NCBI GenBank assembly: GCA_965644315.1
Contig: CBFFRQ010000043.1
Location: 372,001-436,000, forward strand
Reading direction: 5' to 3'
DNA: 64,000 bases
Origin: Caecitellus pseudoparvulus
Lineage: Eukaryota > Protista > Bigyra: Bicosoecida
A program made the translations under genes and the position numbers. How positions within the stretch are numbered: the first letter of the stretch is position 1; every line of letters begins with the position of its first letter. Under the pieces are notes generated by a model. The model did no database searches and was not told the origin of the DNA. It worked only from the letters and a program-made list of their open reading frames with translations. Of this stretch, positions 29,801 through 39,700 are shown piece by piece.

Positions 29801-32451
29801 TGTCCGTGACAGTGGAAGAAGGCATTGTGGACGACGAGGTTGCCGATGAGGGCGCATCCTCTCATTCTGTTGAAGACGATGCGGAGCAGGCTGTCTCGGG
29901 TGCGCGTGCGGGCCCGTCTGCGGGGGACGCGCATCGCGTTCGGGCCACTCCGCCTCAGAGCAAGCTCGTGGTGACACCCCCGGCTCACCGAGATGACATT
30001 CCACATGGACCGGCTTTCGCGGCACGCAGTCCTGCTGCCCAGGGCGGTGCCGACCTCACCTCAAAAGCGGTGCGCGTGCCAACAGGGCTTGACACCTCGC
30101 TTGGGGCGGCGCTGCTCACGAGCCCGGCAGCTGTGGCAGCTGCGCGCCCGCCGCCTAAGCGTGTGGGGAGCATGTCGTCGACAGTGCAAGGGTCTGTTGA
30201 TGCGTCCATGTCACTGGCTGGCGAGCTGGTCAGCATCGCGGACTCCCACGTCGGGGGCACAGCGTCGCCTAGAAATGTGCTACCTGGAAGCGGCGCTGAG
30301 TCCATCCTCAGTGCTGCCGTTTCGGAAGCGACAACTGCGTCGTCCCCTCTGCAGCAGGAGGCTGTGGAGACTGGTTCCCCTCGTAGTCACAAGCGCAAGC
30401 GGCCGGGGCTTGCAATCAGCATCGCACGTGGAGACTCCAATCGTGATTTGGCTGACTTGACCCCTCATGAACAGCGAGCAGTCTTCAATGTTTCCCCGGT
30501 TCAGAAAACTGGCTCTGAGGGTGGAAGTGATGGCCCAGCTGTTACGAAAAGCGGGTCAAATTTCTCTGCCACCATGTCTTTGTCCCCCACTTCCGTCCGC
30601 TCCCGCACTGTGAGTGGGTTGGGGGACGGCGCAGACACCCGCGGTGTGCGCCATTTGCACCTGCCTCCCCCCGGCCTTGTCATCCCAAGAGCCGCAACGA
30701 GCAGCTTGAGGGGCTTCAACAGTGCTCAAGCCGCCTCCGACTCGTCAGCTGTGGACACAGTGGCCCCAATGCCTCCCTTTGACATTGGCAGCGACGGAAG
30801 CTCTCATAGTTCTCCGCCACACTCAGCCCACGTGGGACAGGGCCACTTATCAGAAGGACTACTCAAAGACACTGAGAGAGTTGAGATCGCTGCGGTGGAG
30901 TCTGCAACCCCTGTCGCTGCTAGCGCACCCGCTGTGGCGGAGACAGCGACTTTCCCAGAGCCTCCACAAGTGCAACCTCAGGGCGCAAGGGTTGAAGGGA
31001 AGGTGCGGCCTGTTTGCGCTGCAGCCGAGACTGCCTCTGCCACTCCAAGACAGGCCTCGCCAAGCAGTGTGATTAACCAACCGCGCGAAGTTGTACTGGA
31101 GCTTCAAGACCCTGGGCAAGAGAAGCCCAGCCCGTCTTGCACGCAAGCTGAGTCTACAGCTCCAACGCCCCACTGTGCAGACATGAAGCGCAGGCAAGCA
31201 TCACGCCGCCCGGTATCCCGGGGCACATTTCGGTCTGGGGAGGAGGAGGAAGTGGCCCCATGGCAAACTCAGGGTGACATGCCGGTGCCCACCTTTCGCG
31301 GATTCTCACAGACCTCGGAGCCCCTCTCCAGCCCCAGCAGCGGCACCACGCTCCCAAGTTGGCTGCAAGTCAGCCAAGGCGTTGAGGCAGCAAAATCGCA
31401 GCAGGGCAATGGCTTTTTGCAAACAGGGTCCCGTGGCAAGCCGCCGGGTGCAGACAAGCAGAGGCACTCTGCGTTGCGCCGCCCTGCCCGAACCGCCTCT
31501 CCACGAGCAAGGTGTCAGGAAGACACCCCTCTCCAATCTGGCGCCCTCCAACGTTCAGGTGTGACTCTGGAGCTGGGGAGGTTCAGCAGCAGTCGTGAAG
31601 CAGTGCGCAGTAGACAGGGCGTGCGGCGACGATCAAGGAGCGCAAGGGAGCGGTCCCGGCACCCGACTCCCCTGCAGCGCGCACTCCAAAGCAGCGATAA
31701 CCTCGCTCCCATCCCAGATCAGCACAAGCCCAGAATGCCGAGCACCCCCGCACCCTTGCGTGCGTCCCATTGGGCAAGCTCTGCTTCAACCCTGCGACCA
31801 AGTGGAGGTGCACGGCTTGTCTCCGCCCCAGCACAAAGGTCAAGTTCGCCGAGGCCTGGGCAAAACCCGCACAGTGGTGCCACAGGCATGTCCCACCGCT
31901 TGCAGCAGTTAGGTGGCGGGAGGTCTGGGGGAAAGGCCCCTCTGCGCGACGTGTGGGTGGATGTGCTCTTGTTGTCGCAAGAGTCTGGTGGCGGAGCCGC
32001 TACCCGGGCAGACCCCAGTGAAGGACTGGTTTCCATGTTGCGTCCCCTTGCAACGCACAGTGCTGGGGCGGTGCAAGGTGGAGCAGATCTCTTTGATAAT
32101 GTCGTGGGCGGGCTGTTCGGAACGCTGCAGTGCAGATCACAGGCTGCTTTGGCGACGTCCAAAGAGCTCTCGCACGACGCAAGTGTCGTGCAGCATGCCC
32201 TTCGCCTGGGAAGCGCGGCCAAAGCACGGCGCGAGGCACATCATGGCACTCGCCAGACCCTCCCAGCGCCGCTAGCTAGCAGGCATGGTTCCGCAACGCT
32301 CGATGCAAGCATGGCCGCACTTGGCACGTCCAGTCGACACCTGCCTCACGCAGGTATTCGCGGCTTCAGTCCTAAGACTGGCAGTTCGAAGTCGACAAGT
32401 GGAGCAGAGAGGCAGTCGACACGTCGGGTTCGCTTCTCCACAAATGCTTGA
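26860..32451 (+). CDS. Large Ser/Pro/Ala-rich, mostly disordered hypothetical protein
   Basis: Uninterrupted 1863-codon ORF of low-complexity composition, with short ordered-looking blocks near both ends. The true start is uncertain. Confidence 0.65.
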   Translation: MPGSQQQHGKPGSGFSPRNAPSRGTARRRRRSSTSSASPRSMDKRRRRGSTGSPRAVSPPSDESSALPLAALLEPSLPSTVASAMSSMSSVSDSEPAQLTGEPPTPPLAPRLHIPAPQPPTVQDEGSPIAELLPTSLARLLRSLMAELGLPHWTSGAAGSPPHPPSTWLWRAEFWCPNRFFADLFGDLRQTGSRGLGTSPRPLRSTPSSAQLSASDDSMGGFSPAAARPTSASSQRSDSGNGVESGDTARPLRGPRQRQGLRLASAKLGKTSRSLGVSKLTQARRLARAIAQFAPGQLVQEEGGVWLPLFNDVDLFVATCIALRVGAAQRRSERVAGDGTSPDSVQHGLTSEEAHASVPPIMHVARSRVSAAAGLGSASQHSAGSSTQRPGIDVDAAALVSRAAEAPLLQLRVRINEGNPLAPSLAHLRPAPLSHKFSSGAADTASVVATASNNTAATVASLPGGMVCLPGFTSLVPGLLGHCGQGEVSGGISDGGTPAHSSGSRASLHSRRESESGVLDSANGYDSDGPHSPLRASPLSASRSLDCTSPHSSAGSSSRDTQRQGDFTSGTGGSQFLRPPGVSGGDASLASAAASTLAAAARAASMASACDSKESTEDAHAVHLPSNPAPLPPMLKSSSVGRRGHLLEARAPHPRHVGSTQLLGRSRTRLATKGEQQALIPRGNSPDVQQPESMLKLPSRQQRPPNPVATPGSPVRVPQPAGARDPTKSPSSAALVRSFSSHDHTMRLPQGTSLHARAASDAHGDLARVLTGPGGVDMDSTIESESFSDSIIPGQDGMGLSHARTGTLANLSMDGDHGLASASEVHHGRSWIQQEEGGLQQQVFTSGTVVPPRDSSFDGSEGDSRLTPNVLMVRPEYEPDAGSLMLQTQHSTSSEGDGSSTKSSPVQGSFGAGASHVRSSSGFNSFWLPGAAPVITDDSSAASSASRQGPDRPSLAPTSPVHARSSSHSSVKRFKGRMPHLSVTVEEGIVDDEVADEGASSHSVEDDAEQAVSGARAGPSAGDAHRVRATPPQSKLVVTPPAHRDDIPHGPAFAARSPAAQGGADLTSKAVRVPTGLDTSLGAALLTSPAAVAAARPPPKRVGSMSSTVQGSVDASMSLAGELVSIADSHVGGTASPRNVLPGSGAESILSAAVSEATTASSPLQQEAVETGSPRSHKRKRPGLAISIARGDSNRDLADLTPHEQRAVFNVSPVQKTGSEGGSDGPAVTKSGSNFSATMSLSPTSVRSRTVSGLGDGADTRGVRHLHLPPPGLVIPRAATSSLRGFNSAQAASDSSAVDTVAPMPPFDIGSDGSSHSSPPHSAHVGQGHLSEGLLKDTERVEIAAVESATPVAASAPAVAETATFPEPPQVQPQGARVEGKVRPVCAAAETASATPRQASPSSVINQPREVVLELQDPGQEKPSPSCTQAESTAPTPHCADMKRRQASRRPVSRGTFRSGEEEEVAPWQTQGDMPVPTFRGFSQTSEPLSSPSSGTTLPSWLQVSQGVEAAKSQQGNGFLQTGSRGKPPGADKQRHSALRRPARTASPRARCQEDTPLQSGALQRSGVTLELGRFSSSREAVRSRQGVRRRSRSARERSRHPTPLQRALQSSDNLAPIPDQHKPRMPSTPAPLRASHWASSASTLRPSGGARLVSAPAQRSSSPRPGQNPHSGATGMSHRLQQLGGGRSGGKAPLRDVWVDVLLLSQESGGGAATRADPSEGLVSMLRPLATHSAGAVQGGADLFDNVVGGLFGTLQCRSQAALATSKELSHDASVVQHALRLGSAAKARREAHHGTRQTLPAPLASRHGSATLDASMAALGTSSRHLPHAGIRGFSPKTGSSKSTSGAERQSTRRVRFSTNA

Positions 32452-32562
32452 GACCTCTGAAATGCCCCTTTTCCCACACCATGGAGGGCCCCCGCCTCCG
32501 CCCCCAACTCAATCGCCATTCTCTCGCCTGCCGCAACGCAACGTCAAGCGCCAGTAAGCATG

Positions 32563-33659
32563 CTACCCACTGGCAATGGCATATGGACCAGCGATGCCCG
32601 ACTCCTCAAGGCGGCTGATGTCATGCGCAGCCGTTGTGCAGCAGCATGCCCACCATGGCGCTGCCAGGAAGGCGCAGGATTCATCAGCCACGCCCGGATG
32701 CCTCGAGCGCCATGACGGATGAATGCTCCTACCGGAGAAGAGCGTTGGGCCGTCAGTAATCCCTTCCGTGCACGTGTACAGGCACGTGCACAGTTTGGCA
32801 CGCGGTGGCGAATGGCTGTCATCGGGGTTGGCCTCTTCAGGGGGCTGTGGTGATGGGAGTTCGTGGACTGTGTCCACCTTAGTCTCCAGCCACGGAGACG
32901 CACCGAGGGACGAGGGGCAATGCACTTCAACCGCATCACCTTTCTGGATGCTTTGGATGGAGAGTGGGTGCCGTCCATGGTTGGGTGCTGTGTGGGCCCA
33001 TTTCAGCCTTTCAACGCTGGAGGGCCAGCGCAGGCGTGTGCACGGCACCCACTCATCCCAAGTGTCGCTGTCCCAGCTTGGGTAATGCACAAGGAATGTG
33101 CTGTCTGTTTTGTTGCACTGCACTATGCTGGCATCCCACCACGCTCGACCTTCGTACTTGCGGATGGCACCTTTGTAAAAGAGGTTGAAGGCCCCGCTCC
33201 ATTGGACTTGGACACGGTCACCGGGGAGCGGGCAGGACTCCCGCCTGAAACACGACAGGAATAGCGGCTCGGTTGGTACAAGTCTCCGAGAATCACCGTA
33301 CCTGCGCAACGCCACGCTTGCGAGGAGTTCGATCGACCTCCGCCTCCGCGGGGGGGGCAAGCGAGCACTTGCCTTGCTTGGCTGATTCTGTGCCACAGCA
33401 TGTGCCCAGTTCCGACAGCGCGATCCGCCCGCGAGGAGCTGCACGCGTGAATCAGCTCCAATGGGCATAAGAAGGTGTACACTATCTCACAGAGCGGGCG
33501 TGGGAGGGAGGACCACGACTGTCGCTGTGGCCCAGGTTGGCGTTGTTGCGGGTCACACCGCTGCACGTCGTGCAGCTTTCTCTCGCCCGCTGACGAGAAA
33601 GCGGGAGTGGTCGACCCTTCAAGGGAAAACCTACAAGCAGTGTTAATCTTGGGCTCCAT
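32563..33659 (-). CDS. F-box protein with tandem Tudor/chromo-barrel (agenet-like) domains; 2 exons (33659-33373, 33301-32563)
   Basis: F-box WSSLPRPLCEIVYTFLCPLELIHACSSSR..LWHRISQAR lies in ORF 33123-33752. It joins ORF 32563-33468 through a 71-nt GC-AG intron at 33372-33302. Tudor-like segments: PGDRVQVQW..WWDASIV..FLVHYPSWDSDTWDEWVPCTRLR and KGDAVEVHC..PWLETKV. Confidence 0.72.
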
Positions 33660-33887
33660 GCCTTCACCTGGCTGTCTTCTTCGCGCTTTGGTGTGGACGG
33701 TTCGAAAGCCGCATGTGCACCTGCGTTGCCGAAGGCAACCATGAGGTTGCAAGCTGACTGCACTCCTGCTTGCCGAGCCAAAACTCGGGCAGTGGTGGGC
33801 AGCTCACACGAGGTCCACAATTGCTTCCTGGAGCATGCGGTTCTGCAAGTTTTGGGTGCAGTGTGTTCAAACGCAGCCGCGCACACC

Positions 33888-35561
33888 ATGGTGCGGAAAT
33901 CGACACTCCAAGCCTTGCTCCTTTACGTGGCGCTGGCACACGGGCTTGATGACGAGGTGCCTACATTCTCAGAACAGCTTGAAGTTCAGTTAGAGGCTGG
34001 CACAGGCGCTGTACTTGGGGTGCATGCCATGCTCTCTGCGAGCCACAGCGGACTGATTCATGCTGAGCAGGCACTGGTGCTTGTGTCAGGGCAAGGCCGC
34101 ACGTCATTGAGCCCAGCATGGGCAGGAGTAGGGGGTGAGATAGGACCCCATCTTCCTCCAGGAACTTCACTAGTGCTTCCTACTCTCTCAAGGCCGGCAG
34201 CTGCTTCATCCAGGAGTTCCTGGTGTCGTGCCGTTGTGAAGGCAGTGAACGAGGCAGCGAAACTGGACAGGCGCCTCGCTTCTGTCACACACCTCGGGGC
34301 GTGTGGAAGCACCCAGCAAGTGGGGGGCGCTGATTTTATACAAGGAGTCTCCAGGGCTGTCGCCCTCGGAGCGTCAGAGCTTTCTGGCCTTGGGAATGGA
34401 ACTGGCTTCCACTCGCCTTGGGTACTAGGCGCTGATGCTATTCAGCGGCTGCTGGCCAGTGCCAGTGCGTGTGCAGGTCTAACGGGCATCCCGTCCAGTC
34501 TGTCCACTGCTTCTCTTGCATCCAGTGCTTGGTGGCGCTTGCAGCTGCACCTTCGCCCTCACGAGCTCCCTGGCGGCGGACTGGCGTGGGGCATGTCCCT
34601 CCATGTGTGGGCTGCCGGCCCCTGGCTGCGACCAGCAGGGCCAGCTTTCGAGTTGGAAGGTCCAAGAAGTGTCCGCCCCCCGGATTTTGTCATGTCACCG
34701 TTCCACTCTCACGTGCAAGTGTTTGGTGTGGAGCGGCCTGCAGACTCTGCGCTCGCCGCAGCCCGGGAGCAGGGGTTTGATGCCCCTTGGCCAGTGCTGC
34801 ATCGGCAAGTAGACGCTACGCTTTGTGATGAGCTTATGCGAGCCTTCAACCTCCCCTCCTCGAAGCTACGAGGTGATTTCCCATCGTGCTGGGCGCCTGC
34901 TTGTCCAGAAGCCGCGCTGCACACCACCGTCCTGCAGTCTAGCGATGTCACAGGGCAAGGTGCCAGCATCAAAGTGGGTCAGTCTGCGCGCTGGACGGAT
35001 TTTCGACGGGGGCTTTTGCTCGTTAGTGTTTCGGCTCACTGCCCACCTAGCAGCCCCAACGCCACAATTATGCTTGAGCAAACATTTCCAGCTTGGAGCT
35101 CTCCGGTTGTCTCGGGCGTCGTCTGCCAAGGCTCCACACTTTGCCAGGCAAGCCAGGCTCCCGGTTTTGAGGAGGAGTGGCCCCTGCGGTTGTCCATCCG
35201 GGCTGGATTCCCGCTGCTAGCAGGGTCTCCCAGCCAGGTATCTGTGCAGGTGCCCGTTTCCCTGCTGCGCCAATCACCCGGCGCTGCATACCCCAGCGAT
35301 GCACACAGGGGTCGCGCTTTCCCGCCCGTATTTGCACGGCTGCAATGTGGGATCCAAGCTGGCTCGGTGCGCACGTGGGCCTCTGGCGCGTTGATGGAAG
35401 GGCCAGTCCCGGACTTCAGCATGCCGTACAATGTGGAGGTGATTTCCACAAGCATCCTGGCCTTTGTCATCGGGAGTTGGGTGAACGTCTGCATTCGGGC
35501 TGCTCGACTGCACGCGTCTACGATGCGAGGCCGGCAGGACTCGAAGGCCACAGCTGAGTGA
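33888..35561 (+). CDS. PIGT: GPI transamidase component PIG-T/Gpi16
   Basis: Signal peptide followed by FSEQLEV; YPSDAHRG; diagnostic PVPDFSMPYNV followed by a TM helix. Confidence 0.85.
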   Translation: MVRKSTLQALLLYVALAHGLDDEVPTFSEQLEVQLEAGTGAVLGVHAMLSASHSGLIHAEQALVLVSGQGRTSLSPAWAGVGGEIGPHLPPGTSLVLPTLSRPAAASSRSSWCRAVVKAVNEAAKLDRRLASVTHLGACGSTQQVGGADFIQGVSRAVALGASELSGLGNGTGFHSPWVLGADAIQRLLASASACAGLTGIPSSLSTASLASSAWWRLQLHLRPHELPGGGLAWGMSLHVWAAGPWLRPAGPAFELEGPRSVRPPDFVMSPFHSHVQVFGVERPADSALAAAREQGFDAPWPVLHRQVDATLCDELMRAFNLPSSKLRGDFPSCWAPACPEAALHTTVLQSSDVTGQGASIKVGQSARWTDFRRGLLLVSVSAHCPPSSPNATIMLEQTFPAWSSPVVSGVVCQGSTLCQASQAPGFEEEWPLRLSIRAGFPLLAGSPSQVSVQVPVSLLRQSPGAAYPSDAHRGRAFPPVFARLQCGIQAGSVRTWASGALMEGPVPDFSMPYNVEVISTSILAFVIGSWVNVCIRAARLHASTMRGRQDSKATAE

Positions 35562-35845
35562 CGGCCAGGCTTGCAGTTCAAGGCCAATGCCAAGGGCGGG
35601 GCGAACGCATAATGACCAGTGGAACTGTGTGATTGTCTGTACATTTTAGAGTGGGAAAGAGCTGGTGCCGGCCGCGTGACGAGCGGTGCGGCTGGGGGCC
35701 GGCATCGAAGCTCCACCTCAGCTGCAGGTTATCAAGAAGCCCAGACACCGCCCTATCATTCACTACCAACCGTGCCACAACCATTCCTTGTGGTTAACAG
35801 TCTGTCTACGATCCATGCAGTGGATGGTGGGGATTTGCAGTTGCT

Positions 35846-36706
35846 TCACACGATGAGGCAGCACGAGTTTGTTGCCGCTGCACTCTTGTAGAACATCTTG
35901 CTCTGATCGCTGAGATCCTCTGACTGCTCAACCAACTTCTCTAGGCGCTCTCCTTTCGCCAAGACGGTCTCGATGCTCTGCACCAGGATTTCCTTGGTGT
36001 CGTCCAAGCTGCGTTGCACGCGCAGGAGCTTGTCCACCTCTTCAGGCTTCTGGTACTTGGCCAGGGCCTCTTCCAGACTAGGCAGAGGGTGCGAGTTGTC
36101 TTCGGTAGCAGACTTCCACCGGGTTCTGCGGTGTCGAGTAAAACACAGCGGGTGCAGCGAGTGCTCTGCGCCGGTGTTGCGTATCATTGCTGACGCACCC
36201 GTGCTCCTTCTCAAATGCAGCGAGCTGCTCACGAATCATGGTAATGGCGACACGCTTTGAATAAGATGCGCTGGTAAGAACCACGCCAAAGAGCCCGTTG
36301 CTTTGAGCCACAACATGCAAGTGATGTCCTGCGACAGCACGGCCACGCACCATTGTCGCCACCTGTTCAAGCCAAGCAGACTCTGCACACAACGCACCTT
36401 CATGGTCCAGGACGTGCACTCCAACTGGGCACCTTGATGCGACACTCCGAATGGCAAAGGTGTAGAACTCCGTCACGCTGCAGAGGGACACGGACAGCGC
36501 GGAGTGCGCGTTGCGTTTCCGCGAAGTTTCATGCGGCTTCACAGCATTGGGCGCGTTGCGACCACGCACGACCCTGTGTACCAAAAGCTGATGTCTGAAA
36601 GGTCATGGTACGCTGTCAAAATCACAGGTTTCGTGGTGTCCCCATTGAACCTCGTGATAGCGACGCTGCAGATTTTTGCAGCGTCTGTGGCGGATTGTGC
36701 TGCCAT
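35846..36706 (-). CDS. YKT6: YKT6-family longin SNARE, paralog A; exons 36706-36570, 36477-36398, 36328-36199, 36125-35846
   Basis: Longin N-terminus (KPVILTAYHDLSDISFW; YSKRVA), SNARE motif DKLLRVQRSLDDTKEIL..LVEQSEDLSDQSKMFYK and C-terminal CCLIV (CCaaX). Three GTGCGT..CAG introns restore the frame. Confidence 0.9.
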
Positions 36707-36791
36707 GGGAGCTGAGTGAGCCGGTGCTGCCGAGACGCTCCAAAAAGGGACACGCAAGCCTCCGTAAATGCCGCTATAGCAACTACACGTG

Positions 36792-39700
36792 ATGCAAGGT
36801 CGCATCGCGCCAAAGTTGAGTCAAGGTTTTTTTGCCGATTGTGCGTTTTGCCACGGCCACGTTTGTGCGCGGGTGGTTCGCGACTCCCTCCATCCGCCTA
36901 GGTTTGGCAGAGACCGACTGGAAGCAAACTCGAGCGGGGCGCTTATCAGAGGGATGCAGAGTGTCACACCGCCCCTCCTGCTTGGCGCTCTCCCCGCTCT
37001 CACCCACAAAGCCCTGGACAGTGCACCCCAGGGTGCGGAAATTGCGTCACTGGCGGCTGTCCTGCGAATCCTTGTGCGATCCACAGCAAAGGGGTGTCGA
37101 CGCGAAGTGCAGGCCATGCAGCACATTGCTGCCCAGTGGGCTGTGGGGTGGGGTGAACACAGCACCAGCAATATCCCGCTGCCCGCACCAGACGCGTTTT
37201 GGGCTGCTGGCACGGCGTGTTGGGCGGTTGGGTTGCTGGTGGCAGCTCGGAAAGAGCGCAGCGACTTCGCCTTGCTGTTGCCTGGCTACGCGGCCATGCT
37301 CAAGTGGCTGGCAGGTGCATGCCTCTCTTTGAGCTTCGTGTCGACGGGGCTGACACTTCTGGCGCACTACGCTGGGCCGGGCCTTGCCGAGCCCGCACCT
37401 ACGGCGCCGTGGCAGGTTTTGGCGCTGGCGACAGGCTTGCGAATCTTCCTGATGGAGGGCATTCTGGCTGCCTTCGTCTGCATGCTGCTGCAGCCTGCTG
37501 TCACTCTGGCTTCCCTCAGGGTGGCAGTGCTGCTCAGCTGCGTCTGGGCCATTCCCGTGTCAGGTATAGGCGCAGGCTTGACGGCCCTGCACGCCGGGCA
37601 GCGTGAAACGCGGGCGGCGCTGGGCTGGATCACAGCCACCCAGTGCCTCTTCGCAGTGGGCATTGTGTGGATGGCCACGGGTCTGCGCAGCGCCAGGCCA
37701 GCCCTGCGCCCGCTCGCCGTGCACCTCCTGCTCACCCGCACCCTGCAGGCAGCGGCAGTGGTGTCAGACGTCGTCCCCGCTGCCTGCGCGCCGCTGCAGC
37801 TGACCCTCGCGGCGCTGTATGGAGGCGCCCAAGCGCTTGGCACACCCCTGGCGTTGTTTCTGACCTTGCGCTCGGACACGTTTTACTGGCGCGGCATGGG
37901 GCGGGGGCTGCGGCCTGGCCGCTACACTTGCGGCACGGCAGCATCAGGCGCATGCTGTGCTCTGGGGCCGCTGTTCCTGTACGGGGGCTTGCGTCTGTGG
38001 GGCCTGCCGGCCATCCTCGCAAGGGGGGCGTTCCACGCATCGGCGGCGCCATTGCCGGGCGGACGCCACTCCGCCGGGGCCCGTGCCGTCGCTGCCCTGG
38101 CTTGGGTGTTGCAGGATGCGTCGTTGCGGGCGAGCCTGCTGAAGCGACAAGCAGCACACCTGCAGCAGCGAGGCGCTGCTGCGTCGCCCCCCGTGCGCCC
38201 GGACACGCCCAGCAGTGGCGACGAGGGTGGTGTGGCGGCGGGCAGCAGGCAGGCAGCGGGGTGGGGTCACCTGCCTGGTTCAGACCTGGCCAGCGTCCTG
38301 CAGCAACGCATGGTGCTGCCGCGCCTCCCGGAGTCTTCCCCGCGGCCTCGAGTCACGGGCATCCTGAAGTCCAGCAGCTTCGGCTCGCCAACGCCGCAGG
38401 GGGGGGGTGGGGAGGCCCTGCCTCGCGTGCGCTCAGCATCGGCCAGCATGGATGCCGCCCCCACGGCCAGCGTGAGGGACATGGCAGACTTGCGATCCGC
38501 CCTGCGGAGGGGCCCGCCTGTCCCCACCCTGACGCGGGGCGGCATCCAGGCTTGGCTGGGGCACACCGCCCGACCAGCTGCCACTGGGGTGGGGTCCGTG
38601 CCATCCTCCACCCTGTCGTACCTGCTGGGCGGCGTGCGCGCGGAGAGCAAGGAGTTCCCGCGTGATGCCCTGCGTGATGCTCTGCGTGACCTGCCACCTG
38701 CCACGGCGTCCTCCTCTCCATCTCCCGCCAAACCCAAAGCAGCTCGGGCCAGGCTCGGCAGCGCTGCTAGAGGTTCCCGGCGGCGGACCAGGGGGCGCAG
38801 CGTGAGCTCCGCCCTGGGCTCCGACTCTGGCGACGAGGCAGACGACGAGGCAAGGCGCAGCCAGCCCCACGCAGAGACTTCCACGCTGCTGTCTTCAGCT
38901 GACGCGGTGACACGTGGCGTGGCTGGCAGCGGGCAGGGAGGGGCGTTTTCCGGAGCTCGTGCCTCCCTCTCAGCGGGGCGGGGCCTGCGGGATGCCCCAG
39001 TGCCACTGCTGGAGCGCGCCCCCGCGTGCTCAGAGAACCTCATCCAGTGGTCCCTGCAAGGGCCAGGCACGGCTGTCGCCATGGCCGCGTACGGTGGAGT
39101 GCAGCCCCCCCCCGGCGGGCTGCACGAGGACTGGGCGCAGGCAGAGGCCTCCGACCGTGCCCGTGAAGAGTGGGACATGATGCAGTCGGCGCTGGAGAGC
39201 TTTGCCTGCGCATGGGCCTGCTTGCGGCTGTGCCCCTGCTGGCTGTGGGCGTTTCCCTGCTGCACACCGCGGGCCTTTCACGCCTGCGCGGGGTTCGGCC
39301 CCAGCGCAGAGGAATGTGACATGCCCCTGCTGTCAGACAGCGCTGCGATGTACCTGCAGAACATGCTGGAGGAGTGCAGGGACTTCCTCGTGCCCTTCTC
39401 TGCTCTGGAAGTGCACGACTTGGTCGCAGAGGGGGCTGAGGCAACGGTGTTCCACGGACTGGCGGACGATCGCCCGGCAGCCATCAAGGTCTTCCGCGCT
39501 GCACACCCCGGCATGTTCGTGGACCGCATCCAAGAAGCGCGCACCGAGGCCCGCTTCTGCTACACCTTGGACCACCCGAACCTCGTCAAGTTTTACGGGT
39601 TGTGTGTGTGCCCCCCGGATGTGGCGCTAGTGTCCGAGCTCTGCGAGCGGGGCAGCCTCAAGAAGCTTCTGGAAGTGCTTCACTCCGAAAAGCGCCGCCT

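Noticed and set aside
37643-39265. Long alternative-frame and antisense ORFs (340 and 332 aa) overlapping the kinase gene
   Set aside because: Very high local GC removes stop codons. The products are R/P/G/A-rich with no motifs.
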